Source: Acidobacteriota bacterium
GTDB taxonomy: Bacteria > Acidobacteriota > UBA6911 > RPQK01 > JAJDTT01
Assembly (NCBI GenBank): GCA_965263035.1
Contig: OZ253580.1
Location: forward strand, 2,720,001-2,784,000
Length of the DNA stretch: 64,000 nt
Direction of reading: 5' to 3'
The position numbers and the translations under genes were made by a program. Every line of letters starts with the position of its first letter. Positions within the stretch are counted from its first letter, which is position 1. This document shows positions 54,399-64,000 of the stretch, in pieces. The notes under the pieces were generated by a model, which did not search any database, was not told the DNA's origin, and saw only the letters and a program-made list of their open reading frames with translations.

Positions 54399-54420
54399 GC
54401 ATGAAGTCTAGCAAGCGGAG

Positions 54421-54614
54421 CGAGAAAAGCAGGAGAGAGAAAAGAGGAAAGAGTGAAGAGGACGTGTTTCTATCCTGACTTCGCCGGGGCCCGACGAGTA
54501 GGAGAGCTTCTTGCTCCCAAGTCCGACAGCTCGACCAAGAAGCAAATACCGGACCCGTAACCCCGCTGCCTCCTCTTTCTTTCTTTTCTCTCTCCTTTCT
54601 TCTCTTTCCTCTCC
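54421..54614. repeat. Heptamer-bracketed element X3 (same arms, different core)
   Basis: Shares AAAAGAGGAAAGAGTGAAGA with X1; complementary pyrimidine arm at 54571-54614. Confidence 0.65.
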
Positions 54615-54618
54615 GGCG

Positions 54619-55614
54619 TCACCACTTCCAGCCGGACTTCAGCTCGTCGTTGATGACCGCCCCTTCGGGCCAGTTGCCCTGGTTCAAGGTGATGATGCAC
54701 TGGGCGGCTTCCATTCCCATTGCGATCACCGAGGCCTCGTCGCATCCCGCCTGATGAGACGTGACCAGAACGTTTCCCATCCGCAGCAGGGGGTTGTCCG
54801 GATCCGGCGGCTCCTGCTCCAGGACGTCGAGTCCGGCAGCCCGAAGCCGGCCCGACCTCAAGGCCTCGAGCAAGTCCGTCTCCTTGACCAGTGGTCCACG
54901 GGCCGTGTTGATCAGAATGCTCCCCGGTTTCATCCGATCGAACGCCGCTCTTCCGAAGAAGTGCCGGGTCTGATCCGTCAGCGGACAGTGCAGGGTGATG
55001 AAATCCGAGCGCTCCAGAAGCTGCTCGAAGCTCAGCAATTCGATACCGTGTGCACCGACGAATTCCTGATCCGGAAAAATCTCGTGGGCGACCACCTTCA
55101 TTCCCAGCGGGATGGCCCGGACTGCGGTGCTGCGTCCGATCCGTCCCAGACCGACGATTCCCAAGGTTTTCCCCCTTACCGTGCCCAAGGGCTCCCGGGG
55201 CCATCTTCCGGCCGCGACTTGCCTGGAAGTGGGGATGATGGACCGGACGGTGGCCAGCAACAGGGTGATGGCGTGCTCGGCAACGGCCTCGTGATTGGCC
55301 GTGGGAGTCACCGTCACCGCCACTCCGCGGCGAGTGGCGGCCTCGACGTCCACCCGGTCGAAACCCACGCCGGCCCGGGCGATGACTCGGAGTTCCGGCA
55401 GCCCGTCCAGGACCGCAGGCGTGAAATATTCCCCGCCCGCGATGACGGCCTCCATTCCCTCCAGCTGACTGATGGCCTCCTGGTCACCGATCAGACCCAT
55501 GACCAACTCCGGGTTGGTGGGATAACGCACCTCGAAGCCGACCCGTTTCAGGAGGTCGGCATAGGGAGAGGGTCGATGCTGCATGCTGGTGGGCGTGATC
55601 ATCACTTTGGGCAT
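54619..55614 (-). CDS. D-isomer 2-hydroxyacid dehydrogenase (SerA-like)
   Basis: GVGFD, VAEH, GIVGLGRIG, LHCPL, INTARG, GLDVLEQEP. Confidence 0.93.
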   Translation of the reverse strand: MPKVMITPTSMQHRPSPYADLLKRVGFEVRYPTNPELVMGLIGDQEAISQLEGMEAVIAGGEYFTPAVLDGLPELRVIARAGVGFDRVDVEAATRRGVAVTVTPTANHEAVAEHAITLLLATVRSIIPTSRQVAAGRWPREPLGTVRGKTLGIVGLGRIGRSTAVRAIPLGMKVVAHEIFPDQEFVGAHGIELLSFEQLLERSDFITLHCPLTDQTRHFFGRAAFDRMKPGSILINTARGPLVKETDLLEALRSGRLRAAGLDVLEQEPPDPDNPLLRMGNVLVTSHQAGCDEASVIAMGMEAAQCIITLNQGNWPEGAVINDELKSGWKW

Positions 55615-55648
55615 GGTGTTTTCCTCGATGAATGGTCCGATTCAGGAT

Positions 55649-56899
55649 CTATTGAAAGCGTTCCGGTTCCAGGCGCGACAGGTCCTGGCTGACGCCCTCC
55701 TCGGCGGCCACTTCCGAGATCAGTTTTCCCGTGATGGGCCCCAGAGAGATGCCGATCGTGGCGTGGCCCGTCGCCAACAACAGGTTGTTCAGCTTCCGAG
55801 TCCGTCCGATGAAAGGAAGGCCGTCCGGGGTCAGCGGGCGCAGGCCTCTCCAGATCTCGTGGAGATCCAACTCTTCCAGACCGGTCAGATGGGCTCGGGC
55901 GGCCCGCAGGATGGCCCGGACCCGCGGCAGATTCACCGAAAGGTCCAGGCCGGCCAGTTCCAGGGTTCCACCGAAACGCAGCCTGTCCCCCATGGGAGTG
56001 GCGGCCACCTTGGCATCGGCCAGCATCAAAGGAACTCGCGGGGGGTTTGCGGGAGCCTTGACGGTCACGCTATATCCCTTGGCGGGCTGGACGGGGATGT
56101 CCAGCGCCACGGTTCGAGCGACCCGGGGAGACCAGGATCCGGCGGCAAGCACCACCTGTTCGGGCCGGAAATCCCCTCGGGTCGTCACCACCCGCGTGAC
56201 CCGAGTCCCGGAGGTCTTCATCTCCAGCACTTCGGTCCCGGTCCGCAAGACCGCGCCCGCGCGGCGGGCGCCTGCCGCCATCTGGTGGACGAATCGGTGC
56301 GGGATCAGATGAGCGTCGTCCGGAAAATGGATTCCGGCGATGATCGACGGACGCACATTCGGCTCCATCTCCCGGACTCGATGCGTGTCCAGCAGAGTGG
56401 ATTCGAGACCGAATTCTCTCAGGAGCCGAGCTTCTGCCAGGGCTTTGGCCAGAAGCGACTCGGATCGAAAGATCTGCAGCCAGCCCTGCTGCCGGAAACC
56501 GAACTCCAGTTCGCCTTGATCGGCCAGATCCCGATACAAATCCAAGCTGGCTTGCGAGAGATCCCGCAGAACGGGAACGCCCTTTCGCATGGGCTCCACC
56601 CTGGAAGCCTGTTGAAACCACCAGAGCCAGCGCACCAGGTCGAGATCGAAACGGGGCTTGATGTAGAAGGGGCTCACCGGGTCGAGCAACCATCGAAGGC
56701 CCTGGCTGAGCACTCCAGGCGCGGCCAGAGGGACCGAGTGGCTGGGGACGACCAGCCCCGAGTTCCCGTATGAACTCCCGGAACAGATCTCCCCTCTTTC
56801 GACCAGGGTGACGGCGCATCCCCGCTTTGCCAGATAGTAGGCGGAGCAGACGCCGATGACACCGCCGCCGATGACGAGAACATCGCTTTTCTCCGTCAT
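55649..56899 (-). CDS. FAD-dependent D-amino acid dehydrogenase family
   Basis: VIGGGVIG, SYGNSG, AAGSWS, PAKGYS, GLRPLTPDGLP, TGH. Confidence 0.9.
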   Translation of the reverse strand: MTEKSDVLVIGGGVIGVCSAYYLAKRGCAVTLVERGEICSGSSYGNSGLVVPSHSVPLAAPGVLSQGLRWLLDPVSPFYIKPRFDLDLVRWLWWFQQASRVEPMRKGVPVLRDLSQASLDLYRDLADQGELEFGFRQQGWLQIFRSESLLAKALAEARLLREFGLESTLLDTHRVREMEPNVRPSIIAGIHFPDDAHLIPHRFVHQMAAGARRAGAVLRTGTEVLEMKTSGTRVTRVVTTRGDFRPEQVVLAAGSWSPRVARTVALDIPVQPAKGYSVTVKAPANPPRVPLMLADAKVAATPMGDRLRFGGTLELAGLDLSVNLPRVRAILRAARAHLTGLEELDLHEIWRGLRPLTPDGLPFIGRTRKLNNLLLATGHATIGISLGPITGKLISEVAAEEGVSQDLSRLEPERFQ

Positions 56900-56977
56900 C
56901 CTCTCTTCGTCCTCGATCTCGGAACCAACGCCCGCGCAAAGTACACCCGGGACGGTTGCGAGACAAGCCCCGTCGGT

Positions 56978-57156
56978 GAGGAAAGAGAAAAGAGGAAAGC
57001 TCCCGGCTGGGCTCCGGAAGATTCATGGAAGAAACAAGCCTTCGAACCAATCTGGCTCCAGAATCCTTAACCAGATCGTTTTCGGTAGAGGTGCCCGCTA
57101 CGCGTAAACTACGCGCCTTTCTTCACTCTTTGCTCTTTGCTCTTTGCTCTTTGCTC
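56978..57156 (+). repeat. Heptamer-bracketed element X2
   Basis: Purine arm, core matching X1 inverted, then (CTCTTTG)x4 at 57126-57153. Confidence 0.85.
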
Positions 57157-57339
57157 GGTTTCTCAGAAGTCCCCCACCGGCCCCGGCCCGGCGCAATCCA
57201 ACCAGAAAAACGGGATGTCTGGGAGCAACAGCTTTCCAGCCGCCGGTTCCGCGTCGGCGATGAAGACGGGGACAAGAATGTCCTCGCTCCCAGGGTGCCC
57301 GTATTGTTTTTCTAGGAAGGAGGTTTTGATTCCCGTTCC

Positions 57340-58992
57340 TCAGTTTTTGATCCGCTGCAGCTTCTCGACGGCTCGCGGCAGCTCGTCGGTCTCGAAATGA
57401 GGCCAGGGGTGAGGCTCACCGTTGCCGTCCACTGCTTCGACCCCCGACCCGGGCCCCAGGACCTCCCCCACCGGGGTTGCCCGGATTCCCCGGTCTCCAA
57501 GTGCTTCCTGCAACCGCTCGCGGGAATCGGCCCGGCAGACGATGAGGAGGCTGCCGGAGCCGATGAGTCCCAGGGGATCGATGCCCAGCAGCCGGCAGAT
57601 CCGCGCCGTCTCGGGAAAGACGGGAACCTGGTGGATCCGGATTCGAATGCGGTGCCGCCCGGCATGGGTCAATTCCTCCAGGGCCGTGGAGACTCCCCCT
57701 TCGGTCACATCGTGGAGAGCCGAAACTCCTCCCGACTCCAGCACCGTCTCGGCCTCCTCCAGGACGCTGATCCCGGGCGAGAAGAGGAACTGCCCGCAAC
57801 GGGAGATTTCATCCGCCGGGACGCCCAGACTTTCCAGGGCCTGGGGGAACTCGCGGGCCAGGATGGCCGTCCCCTCCACCGCCAATGCCTTGGTCAGGAG
57901 GATCTGGTCTCCGCGCCGGATCCGCTTCTTGTCCAAGAGCCGGCTCCGCTTGGCTGTCCCCACCATCTGCCCCACTACGACCGTTTTGTTGACCGAGTCC
58001 GTGATCTCGGTGTGACCCCCGCAAAGGGTCACTTCCAGCCGGTCGCACCAGCACTGGAGACTCGCCATGAGCTGCGCGACCTGTTCGGCGGTGGTTCCCA
58101 GAGGAAACAGGAGGGTGGTCAGCAGCCAGCGCGGCGTGCCCCCGGACGTGGCCACGTCGTTGGCGTTGACCACCAGCGCGTAGTACCCCATCTCGTCGGT
58201 GGCGAAGGTGATGGGATCCGACTTCAGAATCAGGACCTCCTCCCCCCGCTCGAGCGCCACCGCGGCCGTATCCTCTCCAATCCCAGGACCGATGAGAAGC
58301 GAGGGGTCGGCCGGCTCCCTCTCGTCCAGGAACCGGGCCAGCATGCGGTTCGGAAGTTTCCCCGCCGCCAGGGGCAGCCTGTCGCGCACCAACGCTCCCA
58401 CTTGCGCCAGAGTCTCGACCACGTAGTCCGGAGTGAGAGTGTCGGGTGGTTCCATCCGGCTGTTGGTGAGAAAGACCGTGGGCGAGCCGGCTCGAAGGCC
58501 CGCGTCGATGTCGAAATGGAAATCTCCCACCACCAAGGTCTCGCCCTCACTGACTCCCATGGTACTGGCGGCGAGCCGGATCCCTGAGGGATGCGGTTTG
58601 GGCAAGACGTCGTCGTCCCTGGAGATGATGACGTCGAAATCGGAGGGGCCGATGGAGGGAAAGTTCTCCAGGGCACGGACCACCGCGGCACGGCTGTTGC
58701 GACTGACGACGGCCAGCGGTAGACCCTTTTCCTGCAGCTCCCGAATCAGTTCCTCGGCTCCGTCGTTGGGGCGGGATCGGGCTGCGCCCTCCATCTCGAA
58801 GCGGTGGAGGACACGCAAGCATCGCCGGCGCCGGTCCGGAGGTAGTCCCTGGATATATTCCAATATGGGGGCCCCGGCCGGACTGGACAGTTCCTCCCGC
58901 AGCCGTTGGAAGTCGAGAGAACCAGGACGGGTGAGCGTGCCGTCGAAATCGAAGAGAATCGCCCGAATGGTCCGAATCGGCGTTGCCTTCAC
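57340..58992 (-). CDS. HAD-family hydrolase fused to AIR synthase-related (PurM/HypE/ThiL-like) domain
   Basis: FDFDGTL, PKPHP, VGDFHFD followed by GKLP, GPGIGED, SDPIT, NANDVA, GGHTE, LHDVTEGG. Confidence 0.88.
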   Translation of the reverse strand: MKATPIRTIRAILFDFDGTLTRPGSLDFQRLREELSSPAGAPILEYIQGLPPDRRRRCLRVLHRFEMEGAARSRPNDGAEELIRELQEKGLPLAVVSRNSRAAVVRALENFPSIGPSDFDVIISRDDDVLPKPHPSGIRLAASTMGVSEGETLVVGDFHFDIDAGLRAGSPTVFLTNSRMEPPDTLTPDYVVETLAQVGALVRDRLPLAAGKLPNRMLARFLDEREPADPSLLIGPGIGEDTAAVALERGEEVLILKSDPITFATDEMGYYALVVNANDVATSGGTPRWLLTTLLFPLGTTAEQVAQLMASLQCWCDRLEVTLCGGHTEITDSVNKTVVVGQMVGTAKRSRLLDKKRIRRGDQILLTKALAVEGTAILAREFPQALESLGVPADEISRCGQFLFSPGISVLEEAETVLESGGVSALHDVTEGGVSTALEELTHAGRHRIRIRIHQVPVFPETARICRLLGIDPLGLIGSGSLLIVCRADSRERLQEALGDRGIRATPVGEVLGPGSGVEAVDGNGEPHPWPHFETDELPRAVEKLQRIKN

Positions 58993-60257
58993 TCGCCTTC
59001 TCTGCGTCGGGACGCCGTCTGCCAATCGAGTCTCAGAGGATGTCTCCGGGAAAATTCGAAGACGGATTCCATTTCTCTTCCGATGGCCAACAGGTCCGCC
59101 TCCCGATTCGGGGGCGCCACCAACTGGAGGCCCAGGGGAAGTCCCGACTGAGAGAGGCAATAGGGCAGAGTCAGCGTGGGCAGTCCCGTATAGGTCCAGA
59201 TCAGGCTGAAGCGAGGATCTCCGGGGGCCCCGATTCCAGCCGGCGCCCCTCCCGGAGCCGATGGACACAAAAGCACATGGAAATCAGCAAAAAGGCGTTC
59301 GGTCTCCTCCCGGACGCGCTCCCGGTGGCGCTGGATCCGCTCCAATTCCGACGTTTCGATCCTCCCGCCTCTCTGAATCAGGGCGCTCAGCTTGGGAGGA
59401 TAGGACTCTCCAAAGTCCCGGAAGAGGCTGCGGTGCACCACCGAGGCTTCAGCTGTCACCAGCGTCCAGTGGTTGTCGAAGGCTTCCTCGCAGCAGGAAG
59501 GCAGTTCGGCGGAAGACGGCTGGAAGCTCTCCGATTCCAGCCGCCGTCCAGCCTGCTCCAAGGCCGCGAGCATCTCCGGGTCGGCGGCCTCCACCCGCAG
59601 ATCGGGCAGCAGACCGACCCGAACCGGTGACGCCGGCGGCGCCGGCGACTCGCCCGTCAGAGCCTGGTACGCCACCAGGGCATCGGAAACATCAGCCGTA
59701 AAAAATCCGAGGGTGTCGAAGCTGGGAGAGAAGGGGAAGACTCCTTCGATGGGAATCCGGCCATAGGACGGCTTCAAACCCACGACCCCGCAATAGCTGG
59801 CAGGCCGGTTGACGGAGGCGACCGTCTGACTTCCCAATCCCAAGCGGATCATCCCGCAGGCGACGGCTGCTGCCGAGCCGCTGCTGGAGCCGCCCGGAGT
59901 GTGATCGGGGTTCCAGGGGTTTCGGGTGGGTCCGGGATCGAAGAAGGCGAAGGTGGTGGTCACCGTCTTGCTGAGGACGAAGGCGCCGCGGGCTCGGAGG
60001 GCCTCGACCACGGCGGCGTCTCGGGAGGCGGGGCGCCAGGGAATGAAATCGGCGTTGGAGCGCGTCGCCATGCCCTCCACGTCCACGATGTCCTTCACTC
60101 CCAGGGACCATCCCGCCAACGGGCCCGATCCGGCCTCGGAGAAGCGTCTTCGGGCGGCCGCCTCCTTCCAGTCCACCAGGGCCTGCACTCGCGGCTCCCA
60201 CACCCGAACCGCCTCCAACCGGGATTCAAACTCCTTCGGATCGCTTCCCAGAGTCAT
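58989..60257 (-). CDS. Amidase signature family protein
   Basis: VKD, TRNPWN, PGGSSSGSAAAVA, GSQTVASVNRPASYCGVVGLKPS. Confidence 0.93.
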   Translation of the reverse strand: MTLGSDPKEFESRLEAVRVWEPRVQALVDWKEAAARRRFSEAGSGPLAGWSLGVKDIVDVEGMATRSNADFIPWRPASRDAAVVEALRARGAFVLSKTVTTTFAFFDPGPTRNPWNPDHTPGGSSSGSAAAVACGMIRLGLGSQTVASVNRPASYCGVVGLKPSYGRIPIEGVFPFSPSFDTLGFFTADVSDALVAYQALTGESPAPPASPVRVGLLPDLRVEAADPEMLAALEQAGRRLESESFQPSSAELPSCCEEAFDNHWTLVTAEASVVHRSLFRDFGESYPPKLSALIQRGGRIETSELERIQRHRERVREETERLFADFHVLLCPSAPGGAPAGIGAPGDPRFSLIWTYTGLPTLTLPYCLSQSGLPLGLQLVAPPNREADLLAIGREMESVFEFSRRHPLRLDWQTASRRREGE

Positions 60258-60328
60258 GACACTCACTCCAGTCGAATTTGTTGTCGAAATCCGCGCATCA
60301 GTATGCCCGGGAGTCCCCACCTGCGCTA

Positions 60329-61330
60329 CTACTCTCTTTTCTCGTGAGAGGCGGGCGACTCCCCTCCGGACCGAATCGTTTCCACCAGCCAAGAGTCCAG
60401 CATCAGTTGGCCCACATGATAGAGCACACAGGGAATGGGCACGAGGCCGAAGCCGGGCAGGAACTCGGTCGAAACGTACAGGGCCGCCGGCAGTGTCTTC
60501 TGGGAACCGCAGAAGAGCAGAGCTGTCCGGTCTTCCCGATTCCAGCCCAGGATCCCTCCCAGGCTCCAGCAGAGTGCCGCGGCGGCGCCATGAACCGCGA
60601 CGGTGATCAGGCCGACCGCGGCCAACTCCCAACTGGACATTTCCCCTCGTCCCGCTTCCACGTCGGTGACCCCGGAGACGACGGCGCCGGACACGGCCAA
60701 CAGGATCAGGAGACGGGAGGCGTTGGACAGAGTCCTGGCGTATCGATGCACGATTCGAACCACGGGGCCGGCCAGACGCAGACCCTGACCCAGTGCCAAT
60801 GGCGCCAGCACCACCAGTGCGAATCCCCCCATCATCTCTTCCAGGCTCAGTGTCATGAAGGTCCCGATGGTGAGAAACAGGATCAGCGGGGTGAGGAGAA
60901 ACCCCAGGCCGTTACTGGTCACCACCATCACCAGAGCCAGGGCGGCGTTGCCCCGGGCCATGCGGGTCCAGATGATGCTGGAGGCCAAGGTGGTGGGCAT
61001 GGCGCTGATCACCAGGACCCCCAGGGCCAGGCTCCGGTTGGTCTCCAGCAGGAGTCGCGAGGCACCGAAACCAAGGACCGCCACGACCGCATAGCCGATG
61101 AGCACCCCGGAGAGGACCCGGCCCGGTACGCGCAAGGAGTTGAGGATCCTGCGTCCGTCCAGAGTCAGACCGTTGATCAGCATGACTGCGGCCACGTTCC
61201 GGCCCGGATCGACGAACGTATGGAGCGGACGGAGGGCCTCGGGCCAATAGATGGGGGCGGCGACGGCGAACGCCAGCGCCAGCAGAAACCAATGTCTGGT
61301 CAGGAAGGGTGAGGCGGTCCAGCTACCCAC
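60329..61330 (-). CDS. Bile acid:sodium symporter family transporter (start approximate)
   Basis: PTTLASSIIWT..ARGN, SNGLGFLLTP, FCGSQKTLP; about 9-10 TM segments. Confidence 0.88.
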   Translation of the reverse strand: MGSWTASPFLTRHWFLLALAFAVAAPIYWPEALRPLHTFVDPGRNVAAVMLINGLTLDGRRILNSLRVPGRVLSGVLIGYAVVAVLGFGASRLLLETNRSLALGVLVISAMPTTLASSIIWTRMARGNAALALVMVVTSNGLGFLLTPLILFLTIGTFMTLSLEEMMGGFALVVLAPLALGQGLRLAGPVVRIVHRYARTLSNASRLLILLAVSGAVVSGVTDVEAGRGEMSSWELAAVGLITVAVHGAAAALCWSLGGILGWNREDRTALLFCGSQKTLPAALYVSTEFLPGFGLVPIPCVLYHVGQLMLDSWLVETIRSGGESPASHEKRE

Positions 61331-62447
61331 CCAGATAGAGTTCCGTCGGATGGGAATTGAGCTGCTGGGGACCGCTTTCCGTGAGCCAGTAGGTGTTCTC
61401 GATCCGGAGGCCGCCCTGCAGCTCCGGGTTGTAGAAACCGGGCTCGATGGAGATGACGTCGCCGAGTCGAAGGATGTGATGGCTGTCCGGGACCAGGCGT
61501 GGGTTCTCGTGCCCCCCCATCCCGACGCCGTGACCCAGATGGTGCCAGAAGGTGCCGGCGGAAAGCGGGTCCCGCTCCAGGAACGCGCGAATCGTCGCAT
61601 ACGCCTCGCGCGCGGGGCGGCCCGGCTCCAGCAAGCTCTCGGCCAGTTCGAGCGCCGCCGTGACGATCTCCCAACCCCGCCGCTGCGGGGCCGAGGGGGG
61701 ACCGACGGTGAGGCTTCTGCAGAGGTCCGCTCCATATCCCCAGCACTCGGGAAAGAGATCGTAGGGACTGAGATCCCCCGCCTCCAACCTCCGGTCGATG
61801 GGTGGACCGCCACTGCTCGTGCTTCGCGGTCCCGTGGCAAAATCGCCGCCGACCCGGATGGGCTCCCCGGCGTTTTCGATCATGGCGGAAACGATCTCGA
61901 TGTAGACCTCCAGTTCCGAGCGGCCCGGCGACAGAACTTCCCGCGCTCTGACGTAGCCCGCCTCGGCCACCCCGGCGACTCGTTTCAGGACTTCGACCTC
62001 GTCCGGGTCCCTCCGGCGTCTCAGATCGTCCAGCTCCGGAGAGATGTCCCGCACCCGCGAAGCCTGGAAGAGGTCCCCCAACAGTTCCAACACCAACCCG
62101 TTCGACGCCTCCTTGTCGGTCCCGATGGAGGGGGCCGATCGGCCTTTGAGCCTGGGCGCCAGAGCTTCCACGGCTTCCATCCAGGGCCGGTCCAGGACCC
62201 GCTTGGGCGAATAGCTCTCGAAGGGCACCACCTCGGCTCGGGCCGGGGCCTGCTGGGAGTCGGTGGCCAGCATAGGAGTCCCCTGAGGTTCGATCCAGAG
62301 GAGGACCGGATGACCGGGATCGACCACCACGGACTGGAAATGACGGACGTTTCTCGAGTCGGTGAGAAGAAGCGCATCCCATTTCCGCTCCTCCATCAAC
62401 CGCCGGACACGTCCCAAGCGCCCTATGCAGCCTGCTGTCGTCAACAT
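61323..62447 (-). CDS. M24 Xaa-Pro aminopeptidase family protein
   Basis: YDL..GYGADLCR, HHLGHGVG..HENP, SIEPGFY, GLRIEN. Confidence 0.9.
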   Translation of the reverse strand: MLTTAGCIGRLGRVRRLMEERKWDALLLTDSRNVRHFQSVVVDPGHPVLLWIEPQGTPMLATDSQQAPARAEVVPFESYSPKRVLDRPWMEAVEALAPRLKGRSAPSIGTDKEASNGLVLELLGDLFQASRVRDISPELDDLRRRRDPDEVEVLKRVAGVAEAGYVRAREVLSPGRSELEVYIEIVSAMIENAGEPIRVGGDFATGPRSTSSGGPPIDRRLEAGDLSPYDLFPECWGYGADLCRSLTVGPPSAPQRRGWEIVTAALELAESLLEPGRPAREAYATIRAFLERDPLSAGTFWHHLGHGVGMGGHENPRLVPDSHHILRLGDVISIEPGFYNPELQGGLRIENTYWLTESGPQQLNSHPTELYLGG

Positions 62448-62659
62448 GGTTTCAGGCACCTTATTGTATCGGAGCCAGGTCCAAAAGTCGCCGTAGCAGC
62501 CGGCCTGTAGCCCGGCTCTCACTTCCCTCCATTCGACCCGTTCGCCTCCACCGCCGAATGGGACCCGCCGACCACGAAGTCTACTCTACGCCTTCACGTC
62601 TCTGACTCCTTTTCCCAACTGGAGTTCTGCCCTGGGCTGCTATAGACTTGGTTGCCGTC

Positions 62660-63796
62660 ATGCCGGAGAGAATGGTTGCGGTTCGCAAGGTGCGGCCCGG
62701 GAAAGGCTTCGATGTCGTGGAGGTTCCTCTCCCGGAACTGGACCGGGACCAGGTCCTGGTCGGAGTCGAGGCGGCCAGCATCTGCGGGACGGATCTCCAC
62801 ATCTGGAATTGGGACGACTGGAGCGCCCAACGAATCCGTCCCCCATTGACCCTGGGCCATGAATTCTCGGGAACCGTCGTGGACGTGGGAAAGGCGGTGA
62901 GCCGGGTGCGGGTGGGAGACTACGTCTCCGCGGAGAGCCACATCACCTGCGGAATGTGTTTCCAGTGCCGGACCGGCCAAGCCCACATGTGCCCTTCGAC
63001 CCGAATCCTCGGCATCGCCATGGACGGGGCGTTTGCGGAATACGTGGCGGTTCCGGAGAAGGTGATCTGGCAGAACGACCGATCCAAAATGTCTCCGGAG
63101 GTCGCCAGCCTGCAGGAACCCTTCGGCAACGCCGTCTTCGCCACCAATGCCCATGACTTGTCGGGCCAGAGCGTCGCCATTCTCGGGTGCGGCGCCATCG
63201 GCCTGTTTTCCGTCGGCATTGCCCGGGCCTCGGGTGCGGCCCGTATCTTGGCCGTCGACCTGAACGACTATCGCCTGGGCCTGGCCCGGAAAATGGGAGC
63301 TCACCATGTCCTGAACGCCGCCGAGGCCGGTGGCTCGTTGGAGACCGCCGATTGGCTGGTCCGGAACAACGACGGCCTGGGCGTCGACATCGTCCTGGAG
63401 ATGAGCGGGGCTCCGTCGGCCATCGACGCCGCCTTCCGCGGCGTTCGGAACGGCGGCCGGGTCACCTTGTTCGGGATCCCCTCGAATCCGGTGCAGATCG
63501 ACGTCGCCGAACAGATGATTTTCAAGAACCTGACGGTTCTGGCCCTCCACGGCCGCCGTATCTTCGATACCTGGTACCGGACCCGATGGCTGCTGGAAAG
63601 TGGGGTCGTGGACCTCAGGCCGCTCATCACGCGGCAGTTGGGACTGGAGGACATCCACCAGGCCATGGAATTGCTGGCCGGCGGGGAAGCCTGCAAGATC
63701 ATCCTGCGTCCCGGCGCGGATTATTCCCACTTCTCCCGCGCCTCGGTCCCGGAGACGTCCGAAACCACCGCCGCGAGAGGTGCGATTCATCGGTAG
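62660..63796 (+). CDS. tdh: L-threonine 3-dehydrogenase
   Basis: [35 protein letters not shown]; upstream of kbl. Confidence 0.94.
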   Translation: MPERMVAVRKVRPGKGFDVVEVPLPELDRDQVLVGVEAASICGTDLHIWNWDDWSAQRIRPPLTLGHEFSGTVVDVGKAVSRVRVGDYVSAESHITCGMCFQCRTGQAHMCPSTRILGIAMDGAFAEYVAVPEKVIWQNDRSKMSPEVASLQEPFGNAVFATNAHDLSGQSVAILGCGAIGLFSVGIARASGAARILAVDLNDYRLGLARKMGAHHVLNAAEAGGSLETADWLVRNNDGLGVDIVLEMSGAPSAIDAAFRGVRNGGRVTLFGIPSNPVQIDVAEQMIFKNLTVLALHGRRIFDTWYRTRWLLESGVVDLRPLITRQLGLEDIHQAMELLAGGEACKIILRPGADYSHFSRASVPETSETTAARGAIHR

Positions 63797-63819
63797 CTTC
63801 CCCTTCAGATGGAGAACCC

Positions 63820-64000
<181 letters not shown>

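Noticed and set aside
62448-62659. Possible riboswitch in the divergent region before tdh-kbl
   Set aside because: No glycine or other riboswitch consensus is visible; only -10-like boxes (TACAAT, TAGACT).

Overview
GC-rich bacterial chromosomal window, most likely Acidobacteriota (inferred from the SecY C-terminal insertion, an Acidobacterial VWA-type gene and the PQQ/cytochrome c pair). It opens with the end of the spc operon and the alpha operon (rplR to rplQ). Accessory metabolic genes follow: an S9 peptidase, a class III aminotransferase, a phosphotriesterase-like protein, two planctomycete-type PSD1-cytochrome/DUF1501 modules, a PQQ dehydrogenase with a diheme cytochrome c, tRNA-Gly and a TolC/MacAB-like exporter. 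A long minus-strand housekeeping block comes next (msbA-yicC-gmk-rpoZ-coaBC-era-udg-priA, kdsB-pyrG-kdsA-kdsD), then a putative catabolic operon containing a HAD/AIR-synthase fusion, and tdh-kbl. The most striking non-genic signal is a set of small repeat families with no transposase in the window. (1) A ~159-bp rod-like hairpin element has 7 full copies and 1 partial copy, G-U-biased pairing on one strand and mostly imperfect 4-bp flanks, and it appends near-identical 29-aa tails to two unrelated proteins. (2) A second, unrelated 159-bp palindromic element sits between CTAG sites. (3) A heptamer-bracketed element family has a conserved core. (4) REP-like hairpins also occur. All calls were made by eye; no database searches were run.
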